Positions 1 through 14,605 of a DNA stretch of 64,000 bases are shown here, piece after piece. Origin of the DNA: the human T2T-CHM13v2.0 reference genome, Homo sapiens; assembly GCF_009914755.1 (NCBI RefSeq), contig NC_060942.1; one strand, written 5' to 3'. The first letter of the stretch is position 1, and each line of letters starts with the position of its first letter. Both the position numbers and the translations under genes were made by a program. The notes under the pieces are model-generated. The model did not search any database. It saw only the letters and a list, made by a program, of their open reading frames with translations, and was not told the DNA's origin.

Positions 1-3000
1 GGAAAAAGGAAACTAGAGCATGGCATTATAAAAATACACAGCATTACCCCTGCACAGTTTGCAAAATTGGACTTATTACTCCAGAGTATTTCGGTTAGAC
101 CCAAATAGAACATATTGAACCGATTTTCAAGGTTGAAAATACTGTACATTCATTCATCTTTGCAAATTTGACCACCCTGACTGCTGCTGATGGCCAATGG
201 GCTTTCCTTTTCCTAGGAACAGGAAGGCATTCATTAAGCATCTCGGTTGGTATCACTTTCCTCTGTTTGTGCCACTCCTCCTGCAAGGCAGCTTCTACAC
301 ACCTACTCTTTCAGGGGGGCCGGGGCCCCATCTGGTTTAGAGGGAGATTATCTCAGGAGAGGACCTTTTCGTCGGGGCTCTGTTGGAGGAGCAGCGTCAT
401 CTTCCCCTGCATGGGGATTGCTTAAGCTCCCTGGCCTGGGAAGCCGCCGCCATCTGCTCAGTGCACCCACTGTAAGTGGATGGTCCAGGTGTGGACTGCC
501 GGGCATGGACCCACGGGCACCTTGTGCTAGCCCCTCTTCCCTCCTATCCAGCAAGGGCACAGAAGTGAATCTACGTGCAGATGTAAGTGCCGCGTCCTCT
601 GTCCCCAGAATGAGATAGAGAGCCTAGAGAGCCGGTAGAAGCCTAACCTGAGGTTTCCGTGACAACTATGGAAGCCTCCTGAAACTTCAGCACCCCTACC
701 AACTCCCTCTCAGAACCTCCAGGTTGCCAAAAAATATGCAGTACTGAAACGGCAGCTGAAGGAAAGGCAGGAACCATGTGCTCTAAGACAGGGACCCTTG
801 AGCTTCTCCCCCAGGTGAGACGGGATTCTGGGAAGCTGATAGTGTTTCGACCTCGCCAGGCGTCACGGGTTATTGATAATGCTGCTGAACATAGGGCCGA
901 ATGGCTAGAATGCCCTGAGATGCTGCAATTTAACTCACCCAAGAATCTAAATGCAAATCAGCCCTATTCACCAGTACATGCCAAGAGCACATCTATGGTT
1001 ATAAATGCTTCGGCTCTCCCTTTTTCTTATCTCGGGGATGTCAGTTTTCAGGTTCAGCCCTCGTGGAGAATGCATCTTCTATTCCCACCCTGTTCAGGCG
1101 GTCGGAAGGGACTGCTTTCTCCCAGGGGAAAATGGCTCCTGCAGCACAGCCAGACTCCTGGGGTGCATGGAATGGAGCAGTTTAAGCAATAAAAGAACCA
1201 TAGCAAAAGCTGGAGGGATCACCCACTTCAAAACTGTGGAACAAAAGCAGGGGGTTTCCCCCCGACTCCTGCAGCTCCAGATGATACCTTAGCTTTTCTG
1301 GCTCCTCCTTTCTTCCCTCCTGTCTTCACCATCTATCCTTAGGGATGGAGCTTCTTTTTGTTGATCATCCCCTTTCCCTCTCATTCGCTCCACCTCCCTC
1401 CAGTCCGCATCAACACGCCTCCTGTCCAGTTTTATGTTACTGTCTTCCAACTAACCAGGCAGCCATGCTTCTAAAGATGGGCAGATTTATAGAAAGAAAT
1501 AAAAGCAATCCAAAGGATAATAACAAACAGATTGGGGAGCCGAGGGAGTTATTAGGAAGCAAACCCGGGCAGGGCTGTGTGCAGGTCCCTGCACTTCGCT
1601 CCCGCTCTCCTCTCCATGCGAATGCTGGGGGCTCCTGTTCTTCCTCTTTCCCCCTCTCTTCTTTTATTTTGATTATTTTTCCTTTTCAAAACAAAAATAG
1701 AAAGAAAATAACCCACAAAACAGAGCTTCAGTGTATATGTTTGTTCATGTTTTAGAGGAGAAAAGAAAAAAAAAAAAAACCCAGGGCATTGTGTGAGAGA
1801 AAACTGCTCTGCCGCGAATCGGCAAGGGTTTATTATTCCGAGCAGCACTCCATCAACTGTGGCCCCATGAACGGAGAGTAATGCTGGCGAAGCGTCCTGG
1901 GGGCTTTTTTTCTGTGTGTGAGTGGTATCCATCTGTCAGCTGTCAATGCCAGTGAGAGATATACAGGGCTGTCACTTCTCGTCAACCAGCATTTGTGAAG
2001 CCTTTTGCAGCTGCTCCGGAACCACATCCTGTCCTTATTGAAGGCCGGGAGGAGCCTCGGAGACGATTGTGCTGGCCAGGGTGGAAGGCAGAAAAGAGAT
2101 GTCAGAGTTGCTCCAGGATAACAGTGTCGCCCCGTCAAAGACAGAAGCACAAGCTACATTTGTTTCCAAAAAAAAAAAAAAAAAAAAAGCACTAAAAAAA
2201 TAAAAACTCTTAGAAGGTAATGTTACTATACTTTGTCTCCAGAAAATCCTATGTGGATTCTAGGGCCTGTGAAACCCATAACAGCAAAGAAAATTTATAT
2301 CTCAGTAAATGAATACATTCAAGGCAGAGATTGCAACATATATTTTTTAAATCAGCAGACTATAAAGAGGGCATAGGTTTTATGTTCTCCCCTATATAAA
2401 TTACGTTACTATGAAGATTATGCATATGCAAAAGTTTGTATAATGGAATATATATTTAATATGTGTTTGTAGCACAAAGATGAACATGAACGACGGACAT
2501 GTCTGTACTGCAATAATGCAGATGTTTAAAAACTGGGTTAATTTTGATATGGAAACACTCTATTAATCATTACTCCAGTGTTCCATTGGACTTTTCAATA
2601 TGCTTATTTATAGGGTGACTCCCACTTAATTGAATTATTTTAAACTAACCATGGTTCTGGTTTTGTGTTCCTTCTGCAGAACCCTCTTTGTACAACACCT
2701 GCCTCAGGAAAATGGCCCCTACTCACCCTCAGTGCACTCACCGGCCACAGAGAAAAATGCAAAACAAGATGTAAATATGCTTTCTCTGTAATGTGCTTTC
2801 TGTCCTAAGGTATTGTGAAATTTGATTATGTTTTCCGTTTTCTGAAATTGTGGGTTTGACACAGCTCTAGTTAAGAAAGAAGTCAGATATTTTTAGCTTA
2901 CATATGTCATAGATTCTTATTTTAAAAATAAGAAGCCAAGAAATTTCTTGGAAAAAGAAATTAATTGATATCAGAGTCACTGAAAGAGAGAAAATAAATG

Positions 3001-3574
3001 CAGATGGAGTGAGTGCTCGGAGTACAGTAGCCCTTCTTCAGATCCCGAGGATAATGATTACCCAGAGCACACAGAGAAGTTAAGGCTATTGCAAAAAAAT
3101 AAGTATCATTGAGCACATTGGCTGAGATATCTTGGGGAGAAAATCTCAGCTGTAAAGTTATTGCTCCTGTCATATAAAAGCACACTCTTCATGTAATGAT
3201 GGAGAATTCGACTGGGGAGAAAGAAGAGGAATTGATAAACCATCCATACTCATATTCAGTGCCAGGGGAACCTGGAAGATAAACACTCATTCAGTTTCTT
3301 CACTCAAAGAGGCTACAATGAGGTAGTAAAGACTATGTAAATGTATGAAAAAGTTAAATAATCCAGGTACTTACAGGAGTATTCAAGTACAGCTGAAGAG
3401 AAGGGGCAATAGAGTGCAAGTTATGTTTTAACTAAACGGATCAGAGATAACACTTGCTCCTTATGTTTAAGAGGAGAGCAGTCAGTTCAGACCAACGTCA
3501 CAAATAAAACCAGGTCTGGGAGGGTTGTAGGGTCCCACTAGGCTCAATGAAGGGAAGAAAGCCTCTTAGGCATG

Positions 3575-4590
3575 ATTTTTTTTTTCCTGTTGTTGCTGTA
3601 ACAAATTACCACACACTTACGGCTTTTAAAAACACAAATGCATTATCTGATGGTTCTGGAGGTCAGAAGCCCTACTCCAGCCATCAGCAGGGCTGTGTTC
3701 CTCCTGCAGGCTCTGTGGGGAACCCCCTTCCTTTGCCTTTTTGAGCTTCTAGGGCTGCCTGCTCTCCTTGGCTTGTGGCTCCTGCATCTGCTAGGCCTCA
3801 GCTTGGCATCGTCCAATGCCTCTTTCCTGCTGTCTGTCTTCATATCCCCTTCTCCTTCCTCCATGGTCACATCCCCTCAGTTCATTATCTGACTTTTACC
3901 ATCCTGCCTTCCTCTTATAAGGACCCTTATGATTACGATGCAGGGCCTCATCAGTGGGACTCATAAAGGGCATCATGAAGTGAAGCTTAGCCCCTGGCGA
4001 TTCTTGGCTTCACCCAGGAAAGAATTGAAGGGTGAGCTGGTGGTAGAAGAAAACAGCTGTCTTGAAGCCGCAGTGTGACATCTCCATGACTGCTCCCGCA
4101 GAGCAGGGTTGAACCAGAGGCGGAGAGTAGCAGCTCAGGGCAGTTCTGCAGGCATATTTATACTTATTTTTAATTGCATACAGATTTAGAGGCGGTTTAT
4201 GCAGAAATTTTGAGGGAAAACATAGTAACTTCTGGGCCATTGAGTCATTGCCATGGAAAGGGGCAGTAACGCCTCCGTGTTGCCATGGCGATGGTAAACT
4301 GCCATGGCACACTGGTGGGCGTGTCTTCTGGAAAGCTGCTTCTGCCTCCTCCCTGTTTTAGCTAGTCCTCAATTTGGTCCACTCGCCAAGCCTCACCTCT
4401 GGAATTCAGTCCTGCCTTCTACTTACATCATCAATTACATTATCAATCAGATGATGTCAACTTGGATAGTCCAGAATAATCTTCCCCATCTCCAGGTCCT
4501 TAACTTCCTGGTATCCTCAAAGTCCTTTTCGCCAGATGTAATAACATATCCGGTCTTTGGGGGAGCAATGGACATTATCCAGGCAGCCAT
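3575..4590 (-). mobile_element. MaLR solo LTR (MLT1C/D-like), split by an ERV1 LTR inserted at 3936-4433
   Basis: Typical reverse-strand MLT1 text: tttcctgttgttgctgtaacaaattaccac...ggttctggaggtcagaag...tataaggacccttatgatta, resuming after the insert as ggatagtccagaataatcttccccatctc. Confidence 0.8.
3936..4433 (-). mobile_element. ERV1 solo LTR (MER66A/B-like)
   Basis: Reverse complement reads ...ggaccaaattgaggactagctaaaacaggg...gccatggcaacac...cctgggtgaagccaagaa...cctgcatc, matching MER66 as I recall it; 4-bp TSD ATTA at 3932-3935 and 4434-4437. Confidence 0.75.
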
Positions 4591-7500
4591 AGGCAGCAGA
4601 GACTTTGGAGCCAAAGCTGAGGTGAAGAATCCCAGGGCACAGCTGGAGGAAGCCTGACTGGAGGAGGGAAAGAAAGTAGATTTAGACAAGGACTGGAAAC
4701 ATGCTTGGACAACATTACAGGGATTGTTGAAATCCAGGCATAGGATGAGAAGAATATAAAATGGTATACATCAGTTCAGTGTGGGGAAAACTTTCTAATA
4801 AAGAAATAAATACAGAGATAGAATAGGGAAATAATGAGTTATCTGACAGCAGAGATGTTCAGGCAAATACAGGTAATACGTTTAGACAGAACTGTAAAGA
4901 TCCTTCCAATTCTGAGATTCTAAATTATTTTTATTATCACAAAATTGTCACCTAGGAGATCAGGTTTAAAGTTCAGGAGCATGGGTTTCACAGGGCTAAG
5001 AGTAGTCTACTGGTCTGTCTTTAGGTTAGCTTTATGAGAATGATAAAATTATAGTATAAACAGTAAGATTATATGGTGTTCATATGGTTCCCAAGAATGA
5101 GAAGCAAGATTTTTTTTAATATTTAGAAGTATCCGAGCAAACTTTGAAACACTTTGAGAGTCGTTTCTACTCACCTTGAGTATCAACCAATATGTGGTAC
5201 AGTTGAAATGAACCACGATCCCATCAATCATTTTGACCTTTTGATATTTTGATTGTTAATTCAGTAAATTTTTTCAAACCCAAATGAGTCAATAAAGAAG
5301 ATGCGTAGAGATGAAGAAGGAAAATAGAATGATTGCATGTGTACTACATAGTTTATCAGTAATGACTCCTGAACAGAGCTGTAAACACAGGCAGCTGTGG
5401 GTTCTGCACTCCAAGTAACAGGTGTACATGAAACCTGTGTTCCACAGGAGTAAATCCTTCAGAGGTACCCTCCAGAGGCTGTACTGAGCTGTGGCCTCAG
5501 TTTACTGAAGGAAAATTGACTGGATTACAACAGATTGCCTTGTAAAAATTATTCTTTCCTTGGGGGCATAAGAGAAATGGGCTTTTGTGGAAGTCGGGAA
5601 AAGTAGGGAGGGGTGATGATACGAGTTATCACGATTAAGAAGCCCAGGAGGCGAGGGGATCTTTATAAACTTAGTTATTCTCAAGGATAGAAGGCGATAA
5701 GGCCCAAGTAAATTGGATCTGGAGAAGGCTGTTTTCCACTAGGTGCTGAAGAGGGCATTCTGGGGACCAGAGCAACAAAGAATTATGGCTTCTCTCTTAT
5801 TATTTGGAAGTCACTAGATTACATAGTGTTTAAATGACTTATCGCTGTTAATCTTACTTTTTCCTTTCCTTCCTCCCTTCTTCCCTTCCTTCCACCTACC
5901 GTGTATATTGCTGCTTCATGGAGACAAGCATGCCCCTTAAATCACACGTCTTTTTGTGTCTTTTGTGGGACTGTGGGTTATATATCCAACCTGCTATGAG
6001 GCAGGATGGATGCAATTTACGGTAAGAGGTGGGCCTAGAAATGGATGATCATTATCAGAAAGCTTCCACTAATAGGAGACAGTATTTTAGAATGTTTGAG
6101 TGTTTGGTGCATATACGTGTACCGTGATATCTAAGTTGATGGGCAACTGGACACTGGTAAAATGCATTGTGTGGAAAACGCAGTCTTCACTGTCTTTCAT
6201 TTACAATAAACCCACAAATTTATTAATTAGCAAAACCCTCATTATTACGTATCCTTCAAATCTTAAGACTCTAAGCATGAGGGGACAGTCAGCAAGTTGC
6301 AAATCTTTGGCAGAAACAGTCCTAAACTATAATGAGATGCAAGCTTGGGATGAAAAAAAGGCAACAAAATGTGTTTTGCGTATTGCCATTTTTATTAGTA
6401 AAATATAACCAAAGGAACAAAATTGACAGGGATAAAATTTTCCAACCAGCAGTGGTACAATTACAGCTTGGAGATTTTGTCAAACATCAGGAGACCATTA
6501 AGAAGTAGTCCTAGTCATTGCACACCGAAGAAAACAAATTCACAAAAAATACCTTGTCAGGGTAAATTCCTTTCTGCTCCAGATACTAAGCATCTAACAA
6601 TTTTCTCCCTAGGAGAGGTAACAAAGAGAATGTGTTAGAGCAACAATAATAATAATTCCTATAGTTGTAAGTTATTTTAGTTCTATCCACATTTCCCAAT
6701 GTTCCAGTTAGTCTAGTGGAGCTGCAAGAAATCCTATGAGAGGGTGCAGAAAGTTCCAGGTTGGGACCACTGGGTATGGTAGTCTTTTACACTACTCTTC
6801 TCCATGGAAATGCTTCTTTGGAGACGGATAGTGGAAAAAGGGATTTCCTCAATTATCTTTGTCCTCATTCTGTTGTTTTTCTAAATACACACTGTCACCA
6901 TCATGGTGCATGTATACTTGTGTGTACCTGGAGGGTAAGAACAGGAAGTGTTTTGACTGTGACCTGACCTTTTTAGCGTTCTCTAAGAAGGACAGAGATG
7001 AGAGATTGCCTTTTATTATCAAGGCCGTAGGGAGGATATGCCAAGGGAAGGTGAAGAAAGATGAACATCATGAAAGAAGGCCAAAGTCAAAGGGCCAAGA
7101 GGGAGCCCAGAGGTACACTGAAACCAAAGGGGTGGGGAGGGTCAAGGATCACGTCTAGGTAGGGGGCCAGATTCCAATGGCATCCCATTGCACTCCACTT
7201 AGGATCCAAGTGCCTTGCTTCAGTTATAAACCTCTATGTGACCTTACTCCACTCACTTTTCCTATCTTATCTTCTCCCCAACACTGAGATTCAGCCGCTC
7301 TAGCCTTTTGGTCTGTTTCTAAAGCATATCAAACTTGTTCCCACCAAGGATCTTTCTTCTGACAAGTTAAAACTTCCTAAGCTAGGAATAGGGCCTTCTT
7401 GCCTTTCAGAGCCTAGAGTTCACTTTAGCTTCCTGTAGCTCTTACACCTTCTGACATTGAGGTCTCAGCCTAAGTGTCATCTCTGTGATATAACTTCCAC

Positions 7501-7939
7501 TGTTGGCCAAGATAGAGTTGCAGGAACGGGATGTATTTTCTCACCGGAAACAATGAAAAAGTAAGTTAAAGTACAGAAAAATATATTTAAAACAGTTTTT
7601 TAAAAAACTAGACATCAGGCAACAAAGGAAGAGTTTTTTGAGAGACCAGGAATGAATGAATTGGGCTCTCTGACAGATCCAGCTGACTGCCAAAAGAGAG
7701 TTTCCAGGCCATAGTGTAGAGAGCAGGAACCCAGAAGGAGCCCAGATGATACCCTGAGTTGGGAGACAAAGTGAAATTCAGGAGAGAATACAGCAGCCAG
7801 ACTCATAGGATAAATTTCTAGAGAAGAGAGCTGTTCAGAGAAAGAACCCAAGAGATCTGTGTAGGGTCTCCCTTGGGTGTTTGTTAAAGTATATTTGTGT
7901 AAGGAAACTAATTGCGCTCGAGGGAGAAACCATCAAAGT

Positions 7940-9020
<1,081 letters not shown>

Positions 9021-9021
9021 A

Positions 9022-9054
9022 TTAGGTTGGTGCAAAAGTAATTGTGGTTACTAA
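9022..9054. mobile_element. MADE1 (Hsmar1 MITE), internally deleted
   Basis: ttaggttggtgcaaaagtaattgtggtt is the Hsmar1/MADE1 TIR, followed by terminal ctaa; TA target duplication at 9020-9021 and 9055-9056. Confidence 0.85.
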
Positions 9055-11408
9055 TACATAGAGCAGGAAGAGTACAACCATTAACACATGGATAAGTATA
9101 GTGCCTCTTCCCTAAAGTCAGACTGGAAAATGTCATAAATTATGAGGCTACTCACAATAGTCTTGCCACAGGAATTGGAAATAATTAGTCTTATTATAAA
9201 CACTGCTCTGGCCCATCTAACAAATATTAAAACAAAGACCTGAAAGAAAGAAATCATTTTCATGTACTTACCTGAACTCTAGAACAAAAACTTAAAAATA
9301 TTTTTTGGAATAGAAATATAGTACAAAAGAGAATAAAATTTCCAATGTCTGACTGGCATGCAATCAAAGATGAAGAAAGAAACAAGCAGAAAAATACAAA
9401 TTGTAATCAGAATTTAAGAATCAATTAATTGAAATTTATCCAGAACTATAAGACCCAGATATGTTATAATTAACATCAAGGACACTGTTATAACTATATT
9501 CTGTATGTATAAAAAGTTAAATGGAGACATAAATGATATAAAAAGACGTAATTTTGAGAGATTAAAAACTCTAATGGCTAAGACAGAAATACACTAGGTG
9601 AGATTAATGGCAGCTTAGGTATTTTGAGAAAAAAAGCATAAATAAATTTGCAGCTATAGTAATAAAAAACTACTAATAAAACACATAAGGAAAAATAATT
9701 TTTTAAAAAGTGGAACTGTGAACTGTGGAACAACTGAAATGATTGAAAATGTTCCAATTTTGATAATAACTATAAATTCACAGGTACAAGAAGCTCAAAG
9801 AACTCAGGCACAAGAAACATGAAGAAAACTACATCAAGTTGCAGCATAACAAAATTACTCAAAACCAGTTCTAAATAGACATTTTTACAAGCAGCCAGAG
9901 GGAAAGGACAGGTTAATTACAGAGGAACAAACTTAAGGAGCACAGCAAAATTCTTCTCGGAAATGAGGTAAGTGAGAAGACAGTGATGTAGCATCTTAAA
10001 GTGCTGAAAAACTAACAAGCAAAACAAAACCGTCAACCAAGATTTCTATAACCAGGGGTGAAAATATCTTTTGAAAAAGCAGGTGAAATAAAGACCTCTT
10101 CAGACTTGCAAAAGCTGTCTAGAGCAGTAGAACATCAGTCCAACAGTTGATCTTCACCATGGGATCCACAGTACAAGAAATGTGAATGGAAGAAGGAAGA
10201 TGTTTAGGCAGAAAGAAAATGATACCAGATGGAAATATAGTTGTATACAAAGGAATGAAGAGCACTTGTAATGGTAAAGAAATCTTCTTTCGTGTAATAT
10301 AGATGAAATTGTGCATCACTTGAAGGTAAATGGTAATAAAGGAGGATAAACAAAGGAAAACAGAGAAGAGAAAATAGAATAATAAAATATACTCAAACTA
10401 AAAGATGGCAGAAAAAATAATAAAAGGGAAACAAAGAACAGATGGAACAAATTTAAAAATATTCGAAGATGATAGATTGATATCTAATTATTTTAATAAT
10501 GAAACTAAATGTAATTGGCCAAAATATTCAATTTAAAAGGCAGAGATTGTCAGATTGGATAAAAGAGCAAGTTCCAACTACATGCCGCTTACAAGAAAAT
10601 TACTTAATATATAAAGGAGAAGATATGTTAAAAGTAAAAGGGTGGGAAAAAATATAGCATGCTAACAAAAATAAAAATTAAATGAAGAGACATTATTATC
10701 AGAAAAAAAGGTATCAGAGCAAAGAATCTTAACCAGTAAAGGAAAGCTATTTTGTAATAATAAAAAACTCAATTTATTCAGAGCACAAAACTTTTCCAAA
10801 TATTGATGTATTTAATAGCAAAGTTTCAAAATACATGAATTAAAAGAAGCAAAACACAAACTAAATACACAATCCACAGTTATACCCGTTGATTTCACTA
10901 TCCCTCTCTCAATAATTAATAGAACAAAGAGAGTGAAAATCAGTAAAGATATAAAAAACTTGAACAACACTATCAACCAACTTGTCCCAATCAATATTTA
11001 TAGTGCAGTCCACCCCAAACGAACAGAATACACATTTTTTAGTTGTACACAGAATATTTATCAAAACGGAAGATATTCTGTGCCATGAAACCATTTAAAA
11101 AGTCTAAATAAATCTGTAAGAATTAAAGTCATACAAAGTATGTTCCTGACCAAATGGAATTAAATTAAAAATCAATAACTGACATATTTCTGGAAAGTCC
11201 CAAATTACGTGTAAGCTAGATAACATATTTATAAATAATGCATGGTTCAAAGCAGAAATAAAAATGGAAACTAGGAAGAAATTTGAATTCAATAAAAATA
11301 AAATTGCAACATAAAAGTAAATGCTATCTCCTCCGATGTCTGTCCTGATCACCCGATCTAAAGTACTAATAGCTTCTCAGCCATTCTCCATCACAACACC
11401 TAACTTTA

Positions 11409-11879
11409 TTTATTTATTTACTTAATTTTAATTTGTATTTTTGTTTTAAGTTCCAGGGTATATGTACAGGATGTGCAGGTTTGTTTTATAGTTAAACATG
11501 TGCCATGGTGGTTTGCCGCACCTATCAACCCATCTCCTAGGTACTAAGCACCAGCATCCATTAACTATTTTTCCTAATGCTCTCCCTCTCCCTACCCCAC
11601 TCCCTGACAGGCCCCAGTGTGTGTTGTTCCCCTCCCTGTGTCCATGTGTTCTCATTGTTAAGCTCCCACTTATAAGTGAGAACATGCAGTGTTTGGTTTT
11701 CTGTTCCTGCATTAGTTTGCTAAGGATAATGGTGTCTAGCTCCATTCATGTCCCTGTAAAGGATGTGATCTCATTCCTTTTTATGGCTACATTGTATTTC
11801 ATGGTGTATATGTACCACATTTTCTCTATCCAGTCTATCATTGATAAGCATTTGGGCTGATTTCATGTCTTTGCTATTG
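11409..11879 (-). mobile_element. 5'-truncated L1PA (PA8-PA10-like) 3' end
   Basis: Classic L1PA 3' UTR and ORF2 C-terminus (MELDTIILSKLMQEQKTKHCMFSLISGS); perfect 17-bp TSD cacaacacctaacttta at 11392-11408 and 11880-11896. Confidence 0.95.
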
Positions 11880-12904
11880 CACAACACCTAACTTTAATTC
11901 TCTCTATTAAACATGTTTATATTTGATATTTTAGTAGTTATTTAGTCATTTTACTTGTTTATTATATGTCTTCTCCCTTTAGAATGGAGACTCCATGTGC
12001 ATAGAACATTTTCTGTCTTGTTCGTTACTGTGTCCTCAGGACAGTGCCTCACACCTAGTAGTGTTCAGTAAATGTTTACTAAATGAGTGAATGAATACAA
12101 AAAAAAGATATCAGGAAGGATAAAAATAAGGGCTGGGAGGTGAGAGTAGATAAAAAGAGGAAATCCATTCTTTATTCCAACCAAGCTAAGGATAGGGTGG
12201 GAATTGGCACAACTAGAAGAAAGGGGCTGGAGAGAGACCTCCAGAAATTTTACCTGGCAAACAGAGATCCTCTGAGCTGTCTGATCATTTTCACAGCTGC
12301 TTTTGGATGCTTTGGCAAAGATAGCATGAGTATTGTTTTCCTAAAGCAATACTCACTTTGACAACAATTGGTATTGAGAGCCACAAAACACAGATTATCC
12401 ATGAAACTGCTCCTTCATTGCAAGAAGGTCTTCTTGTCTTCTCATTTGCATCTGACACCTACCTTTTTCTTTACTTCTATGGAGCAATGACTTCATTGCA
12501 TTACAGTGTTAACCACTAGTATTTTGGAAATTCTTATCTGCCTGGCATGCAGGTACTGTGGTAATAAACATAACATGAATAAAATTAACATATTGCAAAC
12601 TAAATTAAGTAATGAGTAAATCTCTCAAGGGTTTATACAAATCTCATAAACAAGCAGTAGTTGAACAGAGGGCTGGGATTAATATATTTAAATTAACCTC
12701 AAACAAACCTCAGTTGAAACTGTAGGTATGATAGTCCAGAAAGACCTACTGTCAGCTCAAAATGCCCTTGATAACCTTCTGAAAGAACTACTGAGACTCT
12801 CTTCTTAAACAAGGCCTACTATTGTTTTGTGGTAGTGATTTGTAGGAAAACAGGAACAAAGATACTTGTATAGACACGTATCCACATGCATAGGTATACA
12901 CACA

Positions 12905-12996
12905 CAGTGCGTTCTCATCATTTGCAGCAGTTATGTTCTGTCAAATCACCATGAACACTGAATTAGTGAATTCTAAACCCATAACTCGTAGGGGGA
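12905..12996. mobile_element. TcMar-Tigger terminal fragment (MER82-like)
   Basis: cagtgcgttctcatcatttgcagcagttatgttctgtcaaatcaccatgaacactgaattagtgaat resembles a Tigger-type TIR and subterminal region. Confidence 0.6.
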
Positions 12997-12999
12997 GTT

Positions 13000-13850
13000 A
13001 TATATAATGTTTGTTTCTAAGGATTTTTTTCTAATATTTTTGGTTTCCCCTTATGTCTAGTATCTCTGCCCATAAGCTCTTTCATTTCTTCTTTCTAGTC
13101 TTCATTTCTAGAGACAATTACAGTTTTAAGTCTCTCAAAGCATTGACAAATATTTCTACATAATTTTCATCTTTTTTGGAACATCGTCATTTTCTGATTA
13201 GACACACTTATTTTTTGGTTAGTGACATTTATCTAATTTTAAATTTCATTATATTTTCCCACATTATTTTTTCTTATAACAGTTTTGTATCAGTGCTATG
13301 AAAACTTTCATTATTCATCATCAAAAAAATCAGGTTTTTTACGCAGTTATTTGTGGGAGATTCTTATGTGTGGAAAGTAGGAGGGAAGGGCCAGAATGAC
13401 TCCCTATAAGGTTGCCTCTAGGATTCATTGCCTGCAGCTTCTCTCTGTTTATGCTGCCACAGCTCCACACTGCTTCCCACAAATATGGCTCCTCTCTTGC
13501 TTCTTAGTGTAACCCATTTTTTCTACTTCTCTGTGTCCAATAGGGCACTCTGCTATTGGCCTTGCTCACCAAGTCTGACACTCTTTGTTACAGAGAAGAC
13601 ATATAGATTTTTTTTAACCTCAAGTTCTTCTCCTTCAAGAAATATTCTTTTGCTGATATTTTCTGAGACCTGCCTCCTCTGGTCTGCTATTTTTTTGCAG
13701 ACATCCCTTGTCTTCTTCCTCGTCTTCTGCCCAATCTCAGATGCCTTTGAAAGGCTCTTCACATATATTGGAAATTACAAATCATAGTTTTTTTTTATTT
13801 CACTGAAAATGAAGTTTGTGAGGTTTTTGTCTTCTTCGTTGGTGTGATCT
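13000..13850 (-). mobile_element. Very old L1-related (L1ME/HAL1-like) fragment
   Basis: T-rich strand bias and ORF1-like texture only; no diagnostic motif. Confidence 0.35.
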
Positions 13851-14311
13851 GTAGGAAAATGCAGCCATAATCGTCACTTACTGCTTTTAACAATTATATA
13901 TGTTTAAAATTATATGTCCAGAATCTACCCCAGGCCTCAGACACTCCAACACTGACATTTTAGCAGCTGCCTTCCATTTTCCCGAGGACACTGTGGGCAA
14001 TTCCTGGGATCCTTCTTCTTACCATGCATCTATTTCTAGGGGGCATCTTGGGGTTGTTTGCAGCATATGCAGTAGCCTTGCCAGGAAAGCTGATTCTACT
14101 CGGAGAGAAGCATTTCTCTTCTTCCTTTCTTTTTAGCCACCTTTTCCTCTTCTCCTTCTTTCCTTTTCCTTTGGTTCCTGGCTGCCCTGTGGGCTTGATC
14201 CTCTAATGACCCATGGACTTGAATTAGAACATCATCCTGGATGCTACTCAACATCATGTTGGCTCTGCTGTGAGGATAAGAAGAGTCTTCTCTTCCAATT
14301 TCCAGCACACC

Positions 14312-14605
14312 CCCCATACAAGAGAGACAGGAACATCAGAGTCAGAAAGAGAGATTTGAAGATGCTGCTCTGTTGGCTTTGAAGATAGAAGATGGGTCAT
14401 GAGCCAAAAATACACATGGCTTCTAGAAGCCAGAAAATACAGGAACATAGATTCTGCCATAGAGAATCCAGAAGAAACAAAGCCCTGTTGGCACCTTGAT
14501 TTTAGTCCAGTCAGACTTCTGACCTATGGAACTGCAAGTTAATAGATGTATACTGTGCAAACCAGTAAGTGTGTGGTTTGTCACAGCTGCAATTGGAAAC
14601 CCACA
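14312..14605 (+). mobile_element. MLT1D-like LTR, 3' portion
   Basis: gagatttgaagatgctg...ggctttgaagat...ttctagaagc...caccttgattttag...cagacttctgacc...gtggtttgtcacagctgcaattggaaac. Confidence 0.8.

Noticed and set aside
95-1755. Several overlapping 60-138 aa ORFs in the GC-richer first 1.7 kb
   Set aside because: No recognisable domain, mostly non-ATG starts, overlapping on both strands; expected by chance at this GC content
1780-2188. Processed pseudogene/retrocopy ending in A21
   Set aside because: No TSD, no plus-strand poly(A) signal before the tract, no recognisable parent ORF
5737-5750. CTCF-like CCACTAGGTGCTGA
   Set aside because: Mismatches at the conserved GGC positions; too weak without ChIP data
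11446-11860. 99- and 120-aa ORFs
   Set aside because: L1PA ORF2 C-terminus/3' UTR and its antisense
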